In this document: piece by piece, positions 7,135 to 19,100 of the stretch | How positions within the stretch are numbered: the stretch's first letter is position 1 | Layout: each line of letters starts with the position of its first letter | Origin: a virus | DNA: 64,000 nucleotides | Virus record (IMG/VR): IMGVR_UViG_3300047548_000785 | Coordinates: 3,700-67,699 of that record | Reading direction: 5' to 3' (one strand) | Notes under the pieces: generated by a model | The model's input: only the letters and a program-made list of their open reading frames with translations | Database searches by the model: none | What the model was told of the DNA's origin: nothing | Program-made: the position numbers and the translations under genes

Positions 7135-7737
7135 ATGGTAGATCAAATCGTTATCTTAGACTCAGAGAACCTGGTCGTGGCTGGTGGACTCAATGACATA
7201 CAAGTCGAAACAGACATTGGATCCCAGGGTAATCGAGGTAGCCTAATTCTTTATGGATCTGGAGACCCAAATCTAATTCCAATCTTTAATTTTCCACAGA
7301 CACCAAGATTGCTTGACTGGTATATTAACTTAGATACATCCGATCCAAACTATCTGTATATCTATCAGTATATTTCTAAAGATGGAAATATTACATGGGA
7401 TAAGCTATTCAAGATTATTCCTAATATTTACAGTGTTACGGAAAGAGTTAGCTTTGCTACCACCAATACTTCTACAGTATCAATTCTTGTTGCAAACACA
7501 ACACTTCCTCTTTTAGCTAACACAACACCATCTAGAGTAAACGCACACATTAATCTTCAGGCCGATGATGGTAGCATTATTGCATCTTCTTTTGTTATTG
7601 GACAAAATTCAATTGTAAATAATAACTTTGTTTTACCAATTACAATTACAGCAACTAAGCAAAATCCTTCAACACTGGCTTGGTCCAAGGTAACCAATGA
7701 AACCCTAACGGCTCATATTACTGTCAGTGTGATATAA
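7135..7737 (+). CDS. Putative minor tail protein, paralog of 6342..7115
   Basis: Same motifs as the previous gene; own TGTTATAAT box upstream. Confidence 0.75.
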   Translation: MVDQIVILDSENLVVAGGLNDIQVETDIGSQGNRGSLILYGSGDPNLIPIFNFPQTPRLLDWYINLDTSDPNYLYIYQYISKDGNITWDKLFKIIPNIYSVTERVSFATTNTSTVSILVANTTLPLLANTTPSRVNAHINLQADDGSIIASSFVIGQNSIVNNNFVLPITITATKQNPSTLAWSKVTNETLTAHITVSVI

Positions 7738-7755
7738 TAAATTTGGTGATCATTA

Positions 7756-8367
7756 ATGACTGAATCTATCGGTACCCCAATTCCTACAACCATTCCTGAA
7801 TTAGATGAAAATGCAAACATTCAGACTGCTCTAAGGCTATATCATTACGGAATTGATTCTGCTACTCCAGATATAAACTCTAATGAGTTTAAAGCATCTG
7901 TGGCAGGATACATTAAGGCTTTGCAAGAAGAAAAGGTTTCAAAAGATCCTACACTTATTTCTGCAACTGGTCAAAACCTAGACAACTTTAAAACAACTGG
8001 GTATTATCATTTTTCTTCCGCTGCAGCTAATGGTGGATCAAATTTCCCATCTATCTCTGGTACCGAATATGCAGGTGCAATGACGGTAATTAGTGCTGAT
8101 ACACAAGCATTTGTTTATCAAACCTACATTATGTCAGACACAACAAGACAAAATATTATGTGGTGGAGAGTATACTCTAGTGGTCAGTGGTCAACCTGGA
8201 AACGTGAAAATGATCACGTACATCCATCATCCGCCATTACAGACCCTGCAAACTTTACTGCAGGACGAATTTATTCTGGCGGATCTGTAACTGGAACTGC
8301 AACAAGATTTTTTATTCAAGCTACAACGCCAACATCTCCGTCAACTGGTGATATTTGGATCTGGTGA
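7756..8367 (+). CDS. Minor tail/fibre protein with pyocin-knob-like domain
   Basis: NLDNFKTTGYY...QTY...WWRVY...WSTWK and terminal GDIWI motif typical of fibre proteins. Confidence 0.7.
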   Translation: MTESIGTPIPTTIPELDENANIQTALRLYHYGIDSATPDINSNEFKASVAGYIKALQEEKVSKDPTLISATGQNLDNFKTTGYYHFSSAAANGGSNFPSISGTEYAGAMTVISADTQAFVYQTYIMSDTTRQNIMWWRVYSSGQWSTWKRENDHVHPSSAITDPANFTAGRIYSGGSVTGTATRFFIQATTPTSPSTGDIWIW

Positions 8368-8372
8368 TATAA

Positions 8373-10508
8373 ATGGCTTGGAGTCTTACTGGAGGTTCGT
8401 CTCAGGATACATCTGCAACACGACAGGGACAAAACAATTCTATTGTTTATGCAGCAGCTTACCTAAACTGGTCAAGTGGTGAATCTTTTGCAGGATATAC
8501 AACTAGCGGTGGTGTTACAATTGGTGATACCAGATACGGATTTACTGGACCAACACAAGTAAACTATGTGTCATATTCTCCATATTATGGAAGCTTAAGT
8601 GGAAGTACCACTGTTGGATCTGCATCGAGAACTTATCCACACGATACCAATGGTGCTCGTGGTGCTGTTGGGTGTTCAGTAGACTTTAATGGTGGCGGTG
8701 GTTATGCTCCAGGAGCACTAAGTGCTGGTGCTGGAACACAGCCAGCCGTTGACTATAACAGAACACCAGGAACACCAGCTGCAGGATCATCTGTAGCACA
8801 AGTTGTTGCAGGTACAACGATTCGCATTACTTCTGGTGTTGCAGCAGCCAATGCCAACGGTGGACCAATTTCTGATTATGAGTATCAATATAGAACAAGT
8901 ACTGATAAGGGTGTAACTTATAGTGCATGGACACCAACTACCCCAGGTTCAATGGGTACAGATAGAATTTTTGATCTTGCTAGCGTTACTCCAACAACCA
9001 GATATCAATTTCAAACACGTGCTCGATGTGGTGGAGATATTGGTGCCTGGAGTGCAGCAATTACTAAAAATGGGTGGCCAGGTGCACCAACTTTTGGAAC
9101 TGGTCAGGGGGCAGCAACAAATTATTCTGCCAGCGGTCGCATTGACCTAACATGGACGGCACCAAACTCAGATGGCACAATTACTGGCTATAACATTTAT
9201 CGTAAACTTAGTACCGATGCATCATTTCCAACTACCCCAACATATACTACAACTGGTACAGGAACATCTTATTCTGCTACCGGATTAACACTTGGTGCAA
9301 CATATAACTTTAAAATATCTGCTAGAAACGCATCGCTAGATGCCGATATAGCTGCCTTGGGAAGCACTGTAACAGCAGCACAGTCATCTACAGTTACTGC
9401 GGTAGCAGGTGGACCAACACTTGCACCAACAATTGGAACATCAGTAAGAAGTGCTACAACATCTGGAGTTATTCGTGTTAACTGGACAAAACCAGATGAA
9501 GCTCCAGGACAAATTAGTCAATATTTTGTATACAATGCTGCTGATGATGCCCTGCTTGCTAGACTGACTGCCACACCACCAACCGATCCACCCAATTTTG
9601 TAGATATTACTGGTCTTACAGTCGGTCAGTCATACAGTTTTTATGTAAAAGCAATGAATGACTTTGGTCAATCTCCTGCCTCTGCAGACTCAGTTGCCGT
9701 TTTTGCTCCAGGTATTACAGCAGCCCCAACTTCAATTACGGCAACACCAAGTACAACTGTAAGTGAAAGAATACGTGTAGCTTGGACTGCACCATCCGAA
9801 AACCCAGGAACCATTACATCGTATAAGGTGTATAGGGTTGATACAGGCCAGCTGGTTGCCACAGTTAATGGTAATACCCCTCTTTATGCAGACATTTCTA
9901 GTACTACTGTGGGGGCAGCAAATAATTTAGTTCAAGGCACATCTTATCAATTTTATGTAACAGCTACAAATGCATACGGAACAAGTCCTAACTCTGCAAA
10001 CTCTAATTCTGCTGTAGCACCAGGAACACCAACACAACCAGGAACGGCACTAACATTAACTAGAGTTAGTGGAGCACTTAAAGATATTAAAGTAGACTGT
10101 GATGCTTCTTCAACTGACTATGGTATGCCTATTACGAATTATTACATTCAATATGCAACATCAACCGATGGTGGAAACACATTTTCTTCGTGGTCAACAG
10201 AAGCTATCATGACTAGCAGAAGCACAACGTATACTGATATTGTTGGTGGTCTAACTTATAAATTTAGATGTTATGCAAAAAACAGTATTATTTATGAAGC
10301 AGATGGAACAACACCAATTACTAGGTTATACACAGAGGCAACAACTTATGTACCTGCAATTTTTAGGCGGTACACAGGAACAGCATTCCAATCTGGTGCA
10401 ACAATGAAACGTTATGATGGAACTAACTGGGTACAACTAACTATTGCTAAAAAGTATGATCCGACCAACCCAAATGCTGATATTGATGGCTGGGTTAATT
10501 TAACTTAA
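8373..10508 (+). CDS. Minor tail protein with about five fibronectin type III domains
   Basis: Repeated PxAP...WTxP...Y...GLTxGxxYxFxVxAxN units. Confidence 0.85.
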   Translation: MAWSLTGGSSQDTSATRQGQNNSIVYAAAYLNWSSGESFAGYTTSGGVTIGDTRYGFTGPTQVNYVSYSPYYGSLSGSTTVGSASRTYPHDTNGARGAVGCSVDFNGGGGYAPGALSAGAGTQPAVDYNRTPGTPAAGSSVAQVVAGTTIRITSGVAAANANGGPISDYEYQYRTSTDKGVTYSAWTPTTPGSMGTDRIFDLASVTPTTRYQFQTRARCGGDIGAWSAAITKNGWPGAPTFGTGQGAATNYSASGRIDLTWTAPNSDGTITGYNIYRKLSTDASFPTTPTYTTTGTGTSYSATGLTLGATYNFKISARNASLDADIAALGSTVTAAQSSTVTAVAGGPTLAPTIGTSVRSATTSGVIRVNWTKPDEAPGQISQYFVYNAADDALLARLTATPPTDPPNFVDITGLTVGQSYSFYVKAMNDFGQSPASADSVAVFAPGITAAPTSITATPSTTVSERIRVAWTAPSENPGTITSYKVYRVDTGQLVATVNGNTPLYADISSTTVGAANNLVQGTSYQFYVTATNAYGTSPNSANSNSAVAPGTPTQPGTALTLTRVSGALKDIKVDCDASSTDYGMPITNYYIQYATSTDGGNTFSSWSTEAIMTSRSTTYTDIVGGLTYKFRCYAKNSIIYEADGTTPITRLYTEATTYVPAIFRRYTGTAFQSGATMKRYDGTNWVQLTIAKKYDPTNPNADIDGWVNLT

Positions 10509-10509
10509 T

Positions 10510-10538
10510 TTGACGTTTTTAAAAAACCATGGTATTCT
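10510..10538 (+). promoter_or_regulatory. Promoter for the NlpC/P60 gene
   Basis: TTGACG-N17-TATTCT with TGG extension. Confidence 0.55.
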
Positions 10539-10570
10539 AGAAACTCATATATTTTTGTGAGGTGATAGCA

Positions 10571-11122
10571 ATGCTATCTTTTATTATTTCTAATGTTTTA
10601 ATTTGTTCTAACTCAATATTGGGTTTAAGTCCTACAAGTTTAGAGGACTACAGTGTAAACTCTTATCAAACAATAGAGTACCAAGCTTTTGTGGCATCAT
10701 CTACCGAGCCTATAACAATAGCTAGAGAAGATTTTACAGTCGAAGTGGTACCCGAACCACAGATTACAACGTTCTCCTCTCAGATCGTCTCTCAGGAGCT
10801 ACCAGCAACAAATTCTGTATTGGTTGGTTCTGCTATAAAGTATTTAGGACAAAATTGGGATTGCACAATGCTTGTTGAGCAAGCTTTAAGAGATTTAGGT
10901 TACTCTGTTCCAGATTTAGGTCCAATGCAATTTGGAGCTTATGGAATAGTTTTTAACGACCCGTCGCAAGTACAAGCAGGCGATATTATGATGCGTAATG
11001 GTCACGTAGCAATTTATGCTGGTAACGGAATGGCAGTGCATGGTGGTTTTGGCTTTGGTGGTGTTGTTTATACATCATGGGATGCAGATCCACATGGATT
11101 TTATCAATTTGTTCGTATCTAA
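10571..11122 (+). CDS. NlpC/P60 family peptidoglycan hydrolase with N-terminal signal-like segment
   Basis: WDCT (catalytic Cys), QAGDI, GHVAIYAGNG..VH; ATG 10571 preferred because GAGGTGA precedes it. Confidence 0.88.
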   Translation: MLSFIISNVLICSNSILGLSPTSLEDYSVNSYQTIEYQAFVASSTEPITIAREDFTVEVVPEPQITTFSSQIVSQELPATNSVLVGSAIKYLGQNWDCTMLVEQALRDLGYSVPDLGPMQFGAYGIVFNDPSQVQAGDIMMRNGHVAIYAGNGMAVHGGFGFGGVVYTSWDADPHGFYQFVRI

Positions 11123-11158
11123 TAATTCTCTTTATGATATTATTGTATAGGAGATAAT

Positions 11159-13132
11159 ATGTCGCTTATTAAAATGCAGCAACGCCGTGGTACTGTGGCA
11201 CAGTGGACCGCAGCAAACACCATTCTTGATGCCGGAGAAATCGGTGTTATCGTAGACCCAACAGACTCTGCCAATAACGGTAAAATTAAAATGGGTGATG
11301 GTGTTACGCCATGGAACAGCTTGCCATATGTTTTAAACGATACATATAATGCAGCTAAGTATGCAGTAATTAATGGTGCACAAACATTGTCTGGCCTTAA
11401 GACTTTTTCTAATGGTATTTCAGCTAATACACAAAGAATTCAGGCGGTAGCTGCTCCAGAACAAGCAACAGATGCTGCTAACAAAGAATACGTAGATAAT
11501 GCTATTGCTGGTTTGAACTGGAAAGAATCTGCAAATCTGTTAGCAGATACAAACATTGCACTAACTGGTAACACGGAAACATTAGTGATTGATGGACACG
11601 CAGCACTAGATTCTGGAGATGACGGATATCGACTACTTCTTATTGGTCAAACTACAACTAGTGAAAACGGAATTTATGTTTATAGTGATAATGGAACAAC
11701 ATACACACTAACACGCTCAGCTGATGCCGATGCCACAGATGGTTCGGAACTTATTAATGCTACAATATTTATTCAAGAAGGTACTAACTATGCCACATCC
11801 TCTTGGGTACAAAGCAATCACTACCTTGTTGACTTTAATGATCAGGAATGGGTTCAATTTTCTGGTGCTGCTCTTATTACTGCTGGATTAGGGCTAACTA
11901 AATCTGGTAACACCATTAATGTTGGCGGTACTACAGATCGCATTGTTGCTAATAATGATAGTATTGATATTTCTGCTAACTATGTTGGTCAACCATCAAT
12001 TACTACCGTTGGAACTATTGGAACTGGTACTTGGAATGGAACTGCAATTTCTCCAATTTATGGCGGTACTGGGCTAACATCTTATGGTACTGGTGATTTA
12101 CTTTATGCTAGCAATGCAACAACTCTTGCTAAGTTACCTGCAGAAGCTACAGGCAACGCTCTTATTACCAATGGTGTTGGGGCACTACCAAGCTGGGGCA
12201 AAATAAATATTGCATCACATGTATCTGGTTTGGCAACAGGAGTTGCATCTTTCTTAGGAACACCATCTAGTGCTAATCTATATTCTGCACTAACCACAAA
12301 AACAGGAACTGGCGGTAACGTGGTGTTTGCTACTGCACCTACAATTACTGGTGCAACTTTAGACGGTACTAAAACTATTTCGGGTACAACAAATATTACT
12401 GGAACAACAACAATTGGTGCTGGTTCTACCATTACAACTCCAACAATTTCTACTGGTATGACCATCTCTTCTGGAACACTAGATCTGGCCGCAGGAACTG
12501 CAACAGCTGCCCCACTTGACTTTGATCCAGGTACAAACCTAACAACTCCAGCAGCAGGGGTTGTAGAGTATGATGGATCTGTATTTTACACAACCCCATC
12601 CACATCTTATGGTAGATCAGTAGTTGCCACACAAATTTTTACATCTGGTATCGGTACTGCAGGTATTGCTGCAACAACAAACTATGCCCTTTTCCCAGCA
12701 GCTAACGATACAATTACGCTACCAATTGGAACATATAGGGTAGAGCTTAACTTTGCATTAGCTGTTGCTACATCTACAACTAGTACAGCTCTAAACCTAA
12801 ACCTTCGTGGTGCAGGAACAGCTGCTGGCTCATTTACCTGGATTGGTAACGGAGCGATTACCGCAGCAGCAGCTCCAACACAATATGCACACCAAGCAAT
12901 TGCCTTGGGTACAGTCATCACAGTGGCACCAGCATCAGCTGTAGCAGGACGTGTCTACACGGTTACTGGATCTGGAATTTTGAGGGTAACGACAGCAGGA
13001 ACAGTCATTCCTGCATACCAATTCCCAACATCACCTGCCTCTGGTGTTGTAACACTATATGCACAAAACCATGTGGTTATTAGCCAGCTATCATCATCTG
13101 GCTCTGCAGCTTCTCAAGGTGCTTGGGCATAA
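11159..13132 (+). CDS. Tail fibre protein with Mtd/hyaluronidase-type N-terminal domain
   Basis: QQRRGTVAQW..AN..L..GEIG...KMGDGVTPWNSLPY; DAANKEYVD; GGTGLTSY..GDLLYAS; Gly/Thr/Ala-rich. Confidence 0.88.
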   Translation: MSLIKMQQRRGTVAQWTAANTILDAGEIGVIVDPTDSANNGKIKMGDGVTPWNSLPYVLNDTYNAAKYAVINGAQTLSGLKTFSNGISANTQRIQAVAAPEQATDAANKEYVDNAIAGLNWKESANLLADTNIALTGNTETLVIDGHAALDSGDDGYRLLLIGQTTTSENGIYVYSDNGTTYTLTRSADADATDGSELINATIFIQEGTNYATSSWVQSNHYLVDFNDQEWVQFSGAALITAGLGLTKSGNTINVGGTTDRIVANNDSIDISANYVGQPSITTVGTIGTGTWNGTAISPIYGGTGLTSYGTGDLLYASNATTLAKLPAEATGNALITNGVGALPSWGKINIASHVSGLATGVASFLGTPSSANLYSALTTKTGTGGNVVFATAPTITGATLDGTKTISGTTNITGTTTIGAGSTITTPTISTGMTISSGTLDLAAGTATAAPLDFDPGTNLTTPAAGVVEYDGSVFYTTPSTSYGRSVVATQIFTSGIGTAGIAATTNYALFPAANDTITLPIGTYRVELNFALAVATSTTSTALNLNLRGAGTAAGSFTWIGNGAITAAAAPTQYAHQAIALGTVITVAPASAVAGRVYTVTGSGILRVTTAGTVIPAYQFPTSPASGVVTLYAQNHVVISQLSSSGSAASQGAWA

Positions 13133-13179
13133 TGCCTAATTTCCCTAGTCATATATGTTAAAATTGATTAGGAGACTTT

Positions 13180-16100
13180 ATGGCAATAATAACTTATCTT
13201 AGCAACAATTCAACGCCTGATTCTGGTAGTTCTTGGGCCTCTAGCAACGTTTATTCACTATGGTATCCAAACGTTGCTGTTGCCGCTGCACACGATGGTA
13301 CATTTCCAATTTATGTAAATTATGCTGCTCTTAAAATACGTTCAAATGTTTCTTCACCAGCACTTATTACATCTCTTTTGTTAAAAAATAATACTAGTAC
13401 CTGGTTATCAGATAATAGCCCAACAGCACCATACAGCACAACTACAACATCTGAAATTGGTTTTGGTTTTAGCGATGTTGTTTTTCTTAATACTGATGGC
13501 TCTTTAAAGGTTGAAGTTAATTCAAGTGCTCCGCCCTCACTATACTTTAATACCGCATCGGTTACTGGTGCTGCTATCAAAAATGCAACTACAGATGCTA
13601 CTATTTTTTCAGATAAAACTATTTTCGGATATTTAAACTATATTGCTGTACCCTCTTCACCAGGAATTACAAATATATCTAATATAACAAATGATGGATT
13701 TTCTTTTAAAGTTTCTGTTCCCTCTTTTACAGGGGGTGAATCTATTAATGGATATCGTATTCAAATAGCAACTGACACAGCATTTACACAAAATCTTCAG
13801 ACTCAAGATATAAGTTATGATGGAACAAATACAACAGTTAATGTAACTGGTAAAAATCCAAATACTAGATACTACATTAGAGCTTTTGCAAAAAATCCAT
13901 TGTGGAGTTTTGCAGGTAAAGGATCTCAGTGGTCTAATACTGCAACTGTTCAGACAGCAATCTATCTCCCAACATTTTCAGATAGTTCAATTGTTTCAAG
14001 TGCCTATACTGGATTGTCGTACTCAGATCAGGTTACTGCCACTTCCAGTGCTTTAGCTGGATCAATTACTTATGCAGCAACTGGACTACCAAGTGGTCTA
14101 TCTATTAGCTCTTCTACTGGAGCAATTACTGGTACCCCAACAACAGTTGGTAATTCAGCAATTACATTTACTGCAACAAATACAGATGGACAAACAGTAA
14201 GTCCTACAAGATATCTTTTTATTACAGATTCAGCAACACTTTGGTTTGGTCCCAACCTTTTAGATACGGCAAAAACTGGATTAAACTATACTGCAAATGT
14301 CTATGCTTTTAATGCTACCTCATACTCCGTATCTACTGGTCAATTGCCAAGCGGTATATCATTAAATACAACAACTGGAGAAATATCTGGAAAGACTTAT
14401 GACATTGGCAGTTTTACTTTTGACATTACCGCCAACATTTCGACAGACGGTGGTTCTGGATCTATTACAAAAACATTCACCATGACTTCTGAAAAGTCTA
14501 ACGTTTCCGCTGGTCTCGTATCAACACCATCAAATCTTTATGCAGAACGTGTTTATGCAGAGCAGCCATTAGCACTTTGGTCTATGGATGAAAACGTAGA
14601 TTATATTTCTAAAATCTCTGAAAATCAACGAGACATGGCACAGAACTGGGATGTTCTTAATGGAGATGCGGCAGAGTTCAGTGATGTAACATTTACACCA
14701 CCAATGGCAAGTATGATAAATATGGTTACGGTTCCAGACTACGAGGAAAGTCCAGACGCAGTTCTTGAAGCTACCAACTTAGTAACTAATCCATCGATGG
14801 AAACAGGTGGAGCCAGCGGTATTGTAATCAGGGAAAATCTTATTCAAAACCCAACAATGGACGGTATCGTTCCAAGTTCTTCTCAGTCAATAGCAACTAA
14901 TTTAGCTACAAACCCCAACATGGTAACTACATCTGGAACCACCACTATTCGTGAAAACCTCCTAGCAAATCCATCTTTTGAAAAGGTTGCTAATGGAACA
15001 GATATTGTTAGGTCAAACCTTATTAGCAATCCTAGTTTTGAATTAAATACAAGTGGTTGGACAAACTTAGCAAATACTTTGTTATCAAGAGTTCCTGATA
15101 ATTCTATTGTTGGATCTTATGTAGCAAAACTAGAGGCTACTGCAGGTGGTACAGGATCTAATTTTTTTGCCGCCAACACAGGATCTGCTCTCAATTTAGT
15201 AGATCCTGATAAAACCTACACATTTTCTGTATATGTAAAATCAACAACAGCAAAAACAATTGGAATTCGTCATGCTTGGGTAGATGCCTCTCAAAATGTA
15301 ATTGGAAGTATTAACACTTTTTCTGCAACTAGCTTGTCTGCAAATACGTGGACTCGTATTTCTACAACTCAAACTGCCCCAGAAAATGCATACAGAGTTT
15401 CTGTTGGAGTTATTGGTAGTGCATCAGAGTCTTGGGCACCAGGAGATATTATTTATATAGACGGAGCAATGCTTGAAGACAGCCTTGTTGCTACAACTTA
15501 TTTTGACGGCAGTCTACAAGATTCTTTATCTGAGTATTATTCATGGACTGAAACAGAGCACAACTCTCCATCAATTCAAACAGCTCAATTAGTTACAACA
15601 CTAACAAATATTGCACCTAACCCAAATATGGCAGAAACTGATGGGGTAGTTGATGTTAAGCGTAATCATGCAAATAATCCAGTTGCAAAGTATGTTGGTG
15701 GGTCAGTGGACCCAGCTAAGCAAGTTTCAAGAACAAACCTCGTAGCCAACTCAAGTTTTGAAACAGTAACAATAGGCTGGCAAGCAATTGGAACCGCAAC
15801 ATTGGCTCCTGATGGCGGTCAGTTCTTTGATGGACTGTCATCAGCCAAGCTAACATGTTTAGCAGTAGGTGACGGTATCGAACAAGTTCTTGGTGAAAGA
15901 CCTACTGTATCTCCAAACACACCATATACATTGTCTGTATATGTAAAGGGTGAAGCTGGAAAAAAGGCTATCTTGTTGCTGGATTGGTTTGATGCAAGCG
16001 ATACTTATATCAGTCAAGTCAGCAGCTCTTCCTACACTATGACTGGTGATTGGCAAAGAATGTACTTTTTTGGTGCAATATCACCAAATAACGCAGTTAC

Positions 16101-19100
16101 AGCAAGTATCAATGTTAGAAATTTAACTTCTGGTGCACACACATTTTATCTAGATGCAGTCTTATTTGAAAGTAGTCGCATATTAGAGCCATATTTTAAT
16201 GGAAATACCACCGATCAGCTAGGTTTTGAGTATGTTTGGGCCGACATAGAAAATAACAGTGTTTCTAGACAGCTATCAGAGCAAATAGTAATTAAAGAAA
16301 ATAAAATTTACAATCCATCATTTGAAAATGGTTTCTTTGGTTGGTCTGATGTTGGTATAAACTTCTACGGGTTTGAACTAAGTTCTGATGTAGCACCTGG
16401 GCTTTCTACAAAATCACTTCAAGTAATTGCAGGTGCAAACTCAGGTCTTAAGAATCTTGGAATTCAGGCACTACCATCAACTCAATACACTTTTTCTGCC
16501 TGGATTAAAGGTCCTGCTGGAAAAACATCTATATTGGGTGTACGCTACTATGATAGTTCAATGACCGAACTAAGCTCTCCCTTCCCTAACTTTTCTTCCT
16601 CTATTCCATTTACAGGAGATTGGCAAAGAGCATACTTTACCTTTACTTCTCCAGCAAATACTGCATACGTAGAACCAGAAATTCAGGTACAGGATATATC
16701 ACTAACAACATTCTACGTTGATGATGTGATGCTTGAAGAAGGAAGTACTCTTAATAATTACTATGATGGAAACAGTGTTCCTAGCGAAGGGTTGAGATAC
16801 AAGTGGAGTGATGAAATTAATGATAGTACTTCTATTATGTACGCACTTCCAGCCAAAGGATTTGACTGCTCAGGAACTCAAAGCATAATGTATGCATCTA
16901 ATGATGCTACAACAGAAAGTTTTGCACGGTATTATGCCACAAGTACCCACAACAATATTATTGAAGTTGGAGCAGTATCGGGTCTAGCTATTGGAACACA
17001 ATACTTGTTTAAGGCACAAGTTAGATCATCCACATCACGCACATTTGACTATTTAATTGGTGCAAATGGACAAGTTAGCGTTGCACTAGTTCCATATACA
17101 TGGAAAGAAGTTAATATGCTATATACTGTATCAGCAACAAATACAAATGTTCAGCTAACACTTCCAAGCATGGTTGCCGGAGAAACGTTTGATATTAAAG
17201 AAGTTCTTGTTGAAAAAACATCTGGATTCTCACGGCCATACTTTGACGGTGATTTTGTATCCACAGACTCAGACCTTACATATGGTTGGAGAGGCGAACC
17301 ACATGACTCTAATTCAGTACTTTTGGGAGCTAAAGTATATGGTGTTGCAGATGACAATGGACTTGATATTCGTGCATTTAGATCAGAAGCATGGTCTGCA
17401 AATGGAACAAGGTCTTTGCGAATTATTAACTATGGCGGATTTAATAATGATGGTATAACAATAGCTAGTGTCGATCAAACTACATATGGATCGTTAAATA
17501 TTCCACAGCTACTTCCAGGTAAAACATATACGGTAAAGGCGGTAGCTAGACTAAATGGTACAGTATCTGGATCTACATATTCTCGAAGCATCTGTTTTGC
17601 AACTGGATCAACTATTGTTTCTTATGTACAGGCACCAAATACTATTGGAACACACGAGCTTAGTCTTACATTTACAGTACCTGCCGATTCTACCAACCAC
17701 AGAATATTTTTAACTAGCTCTGGATATAATAATCCATACAACTATGATATGTGGTGGGATAAGCTGTTGATTGTTCGTGGAGAATATGATGGACTATACT
17801 TTGATGGAGACACAGCAAATGAAGAAGATCGATACTATTCTTGGGCAGGGGAGCCAAGCAAGAGTGTTAGTTATAGGCAGGGACTTGGACTTTATGGTTG
17901 GACTGGCGTAAATGCTGCACCAGTTTATGAGCTAGGACATTCACGATCAGGAACAGCATCAGCATTTATGCGTGTATCAGACAACGTTGAATACCCACGA
18001 ATGACTAGTGACAATGTCCCTGTGCTTAGTGGTTTTTCATATTCTGCCTCAGCATACATGCAATTGGCATCAGATACCAATTCGCGTATCAGCATTGACT
18101 GGAAAGATTCTGCAGGTGTTTTAATTTCACGTTCAGAAACATCAATTGCCACTTCTCCTACAGGAAGAATTTCGGTATCTGGAGTTGCTCCAGATGGTGC
18201 TACTCAGGCATCAGTTTCCCTAGGGTTTGATGATGGAACTATTGCGTCAACTCAGCTCAGTTTTGACGACGTTTTATTTGAACAATCCCCAACTATTAAT
18301 AGTTATTTTGATGGAGATTCGCTATCTGTTGATGGTCTAAGTGAAGGCACAATTGACTGGTCTGGTGATGACCATGCTTCATCATCTACAGTTATTGAGG
18401 CTGGAATAAATGATTTTAGCTCTATTTTAGGAAAAACATCTACATACTCCATTTCATCAGTTGATTTTAGTGGTGGTAAAGCTGCAAGGGTATTTCTTAG
18501 ATCATCATCTCAAACAGACATAGCAGTAAATACAGTTAATACTACTGAAGGCAATACTTATACTTTATTGATAAAAGCAAGAGCTAATTCAAGATCTCAA
18601 ATAGTATATCCACAGATTAGTGGAGACGTTGGTGATCCTGTATTGTTGCAACAAGGTGTATGGACTGAGATTAGAATGATTGGAACAGCGGTTACTGGTG
18701 CTACAGAAACAGTTGGATTACGTCTATTAAATTCTATGGGTCATCAATTTGGAGACACAATTGACATTGATTATGCAATGGTTGTTGATGGAGAATATTA
18801 TAATGGATACTTTGATGGCTCTATATCTAATTCTGAACTAGACGGAACTGTATCTTGGTTTGGAACACCAAACAATAGCATAAGCACACTAAGTGGACCA
18901 GAAATTTATTTTTGGAATGGCTATAATGGTGGAATTGTATCAAGCTCAAGCACAGTAAGCAATGATAGCGGATATTCTGCTCTAGTCTTAACAAGTGCAT
19001 CAGATGAGGGTATTACATCTTCTCCAATGCCTACAGTTATAGGTGAGCCATATACATTCTCTGCATATATCTATGTGAAAAAACAAGAAAACGTTACAAT

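Noticed and set aside
11159-13132. Diversity-generating retroelement target, suggested by the Mtd-like N-terminus
   Set aside because: No reverse transcriptase in the window and no template/variable repeat pair seen; this N-terminal domain is widespread in ordinary fibres.
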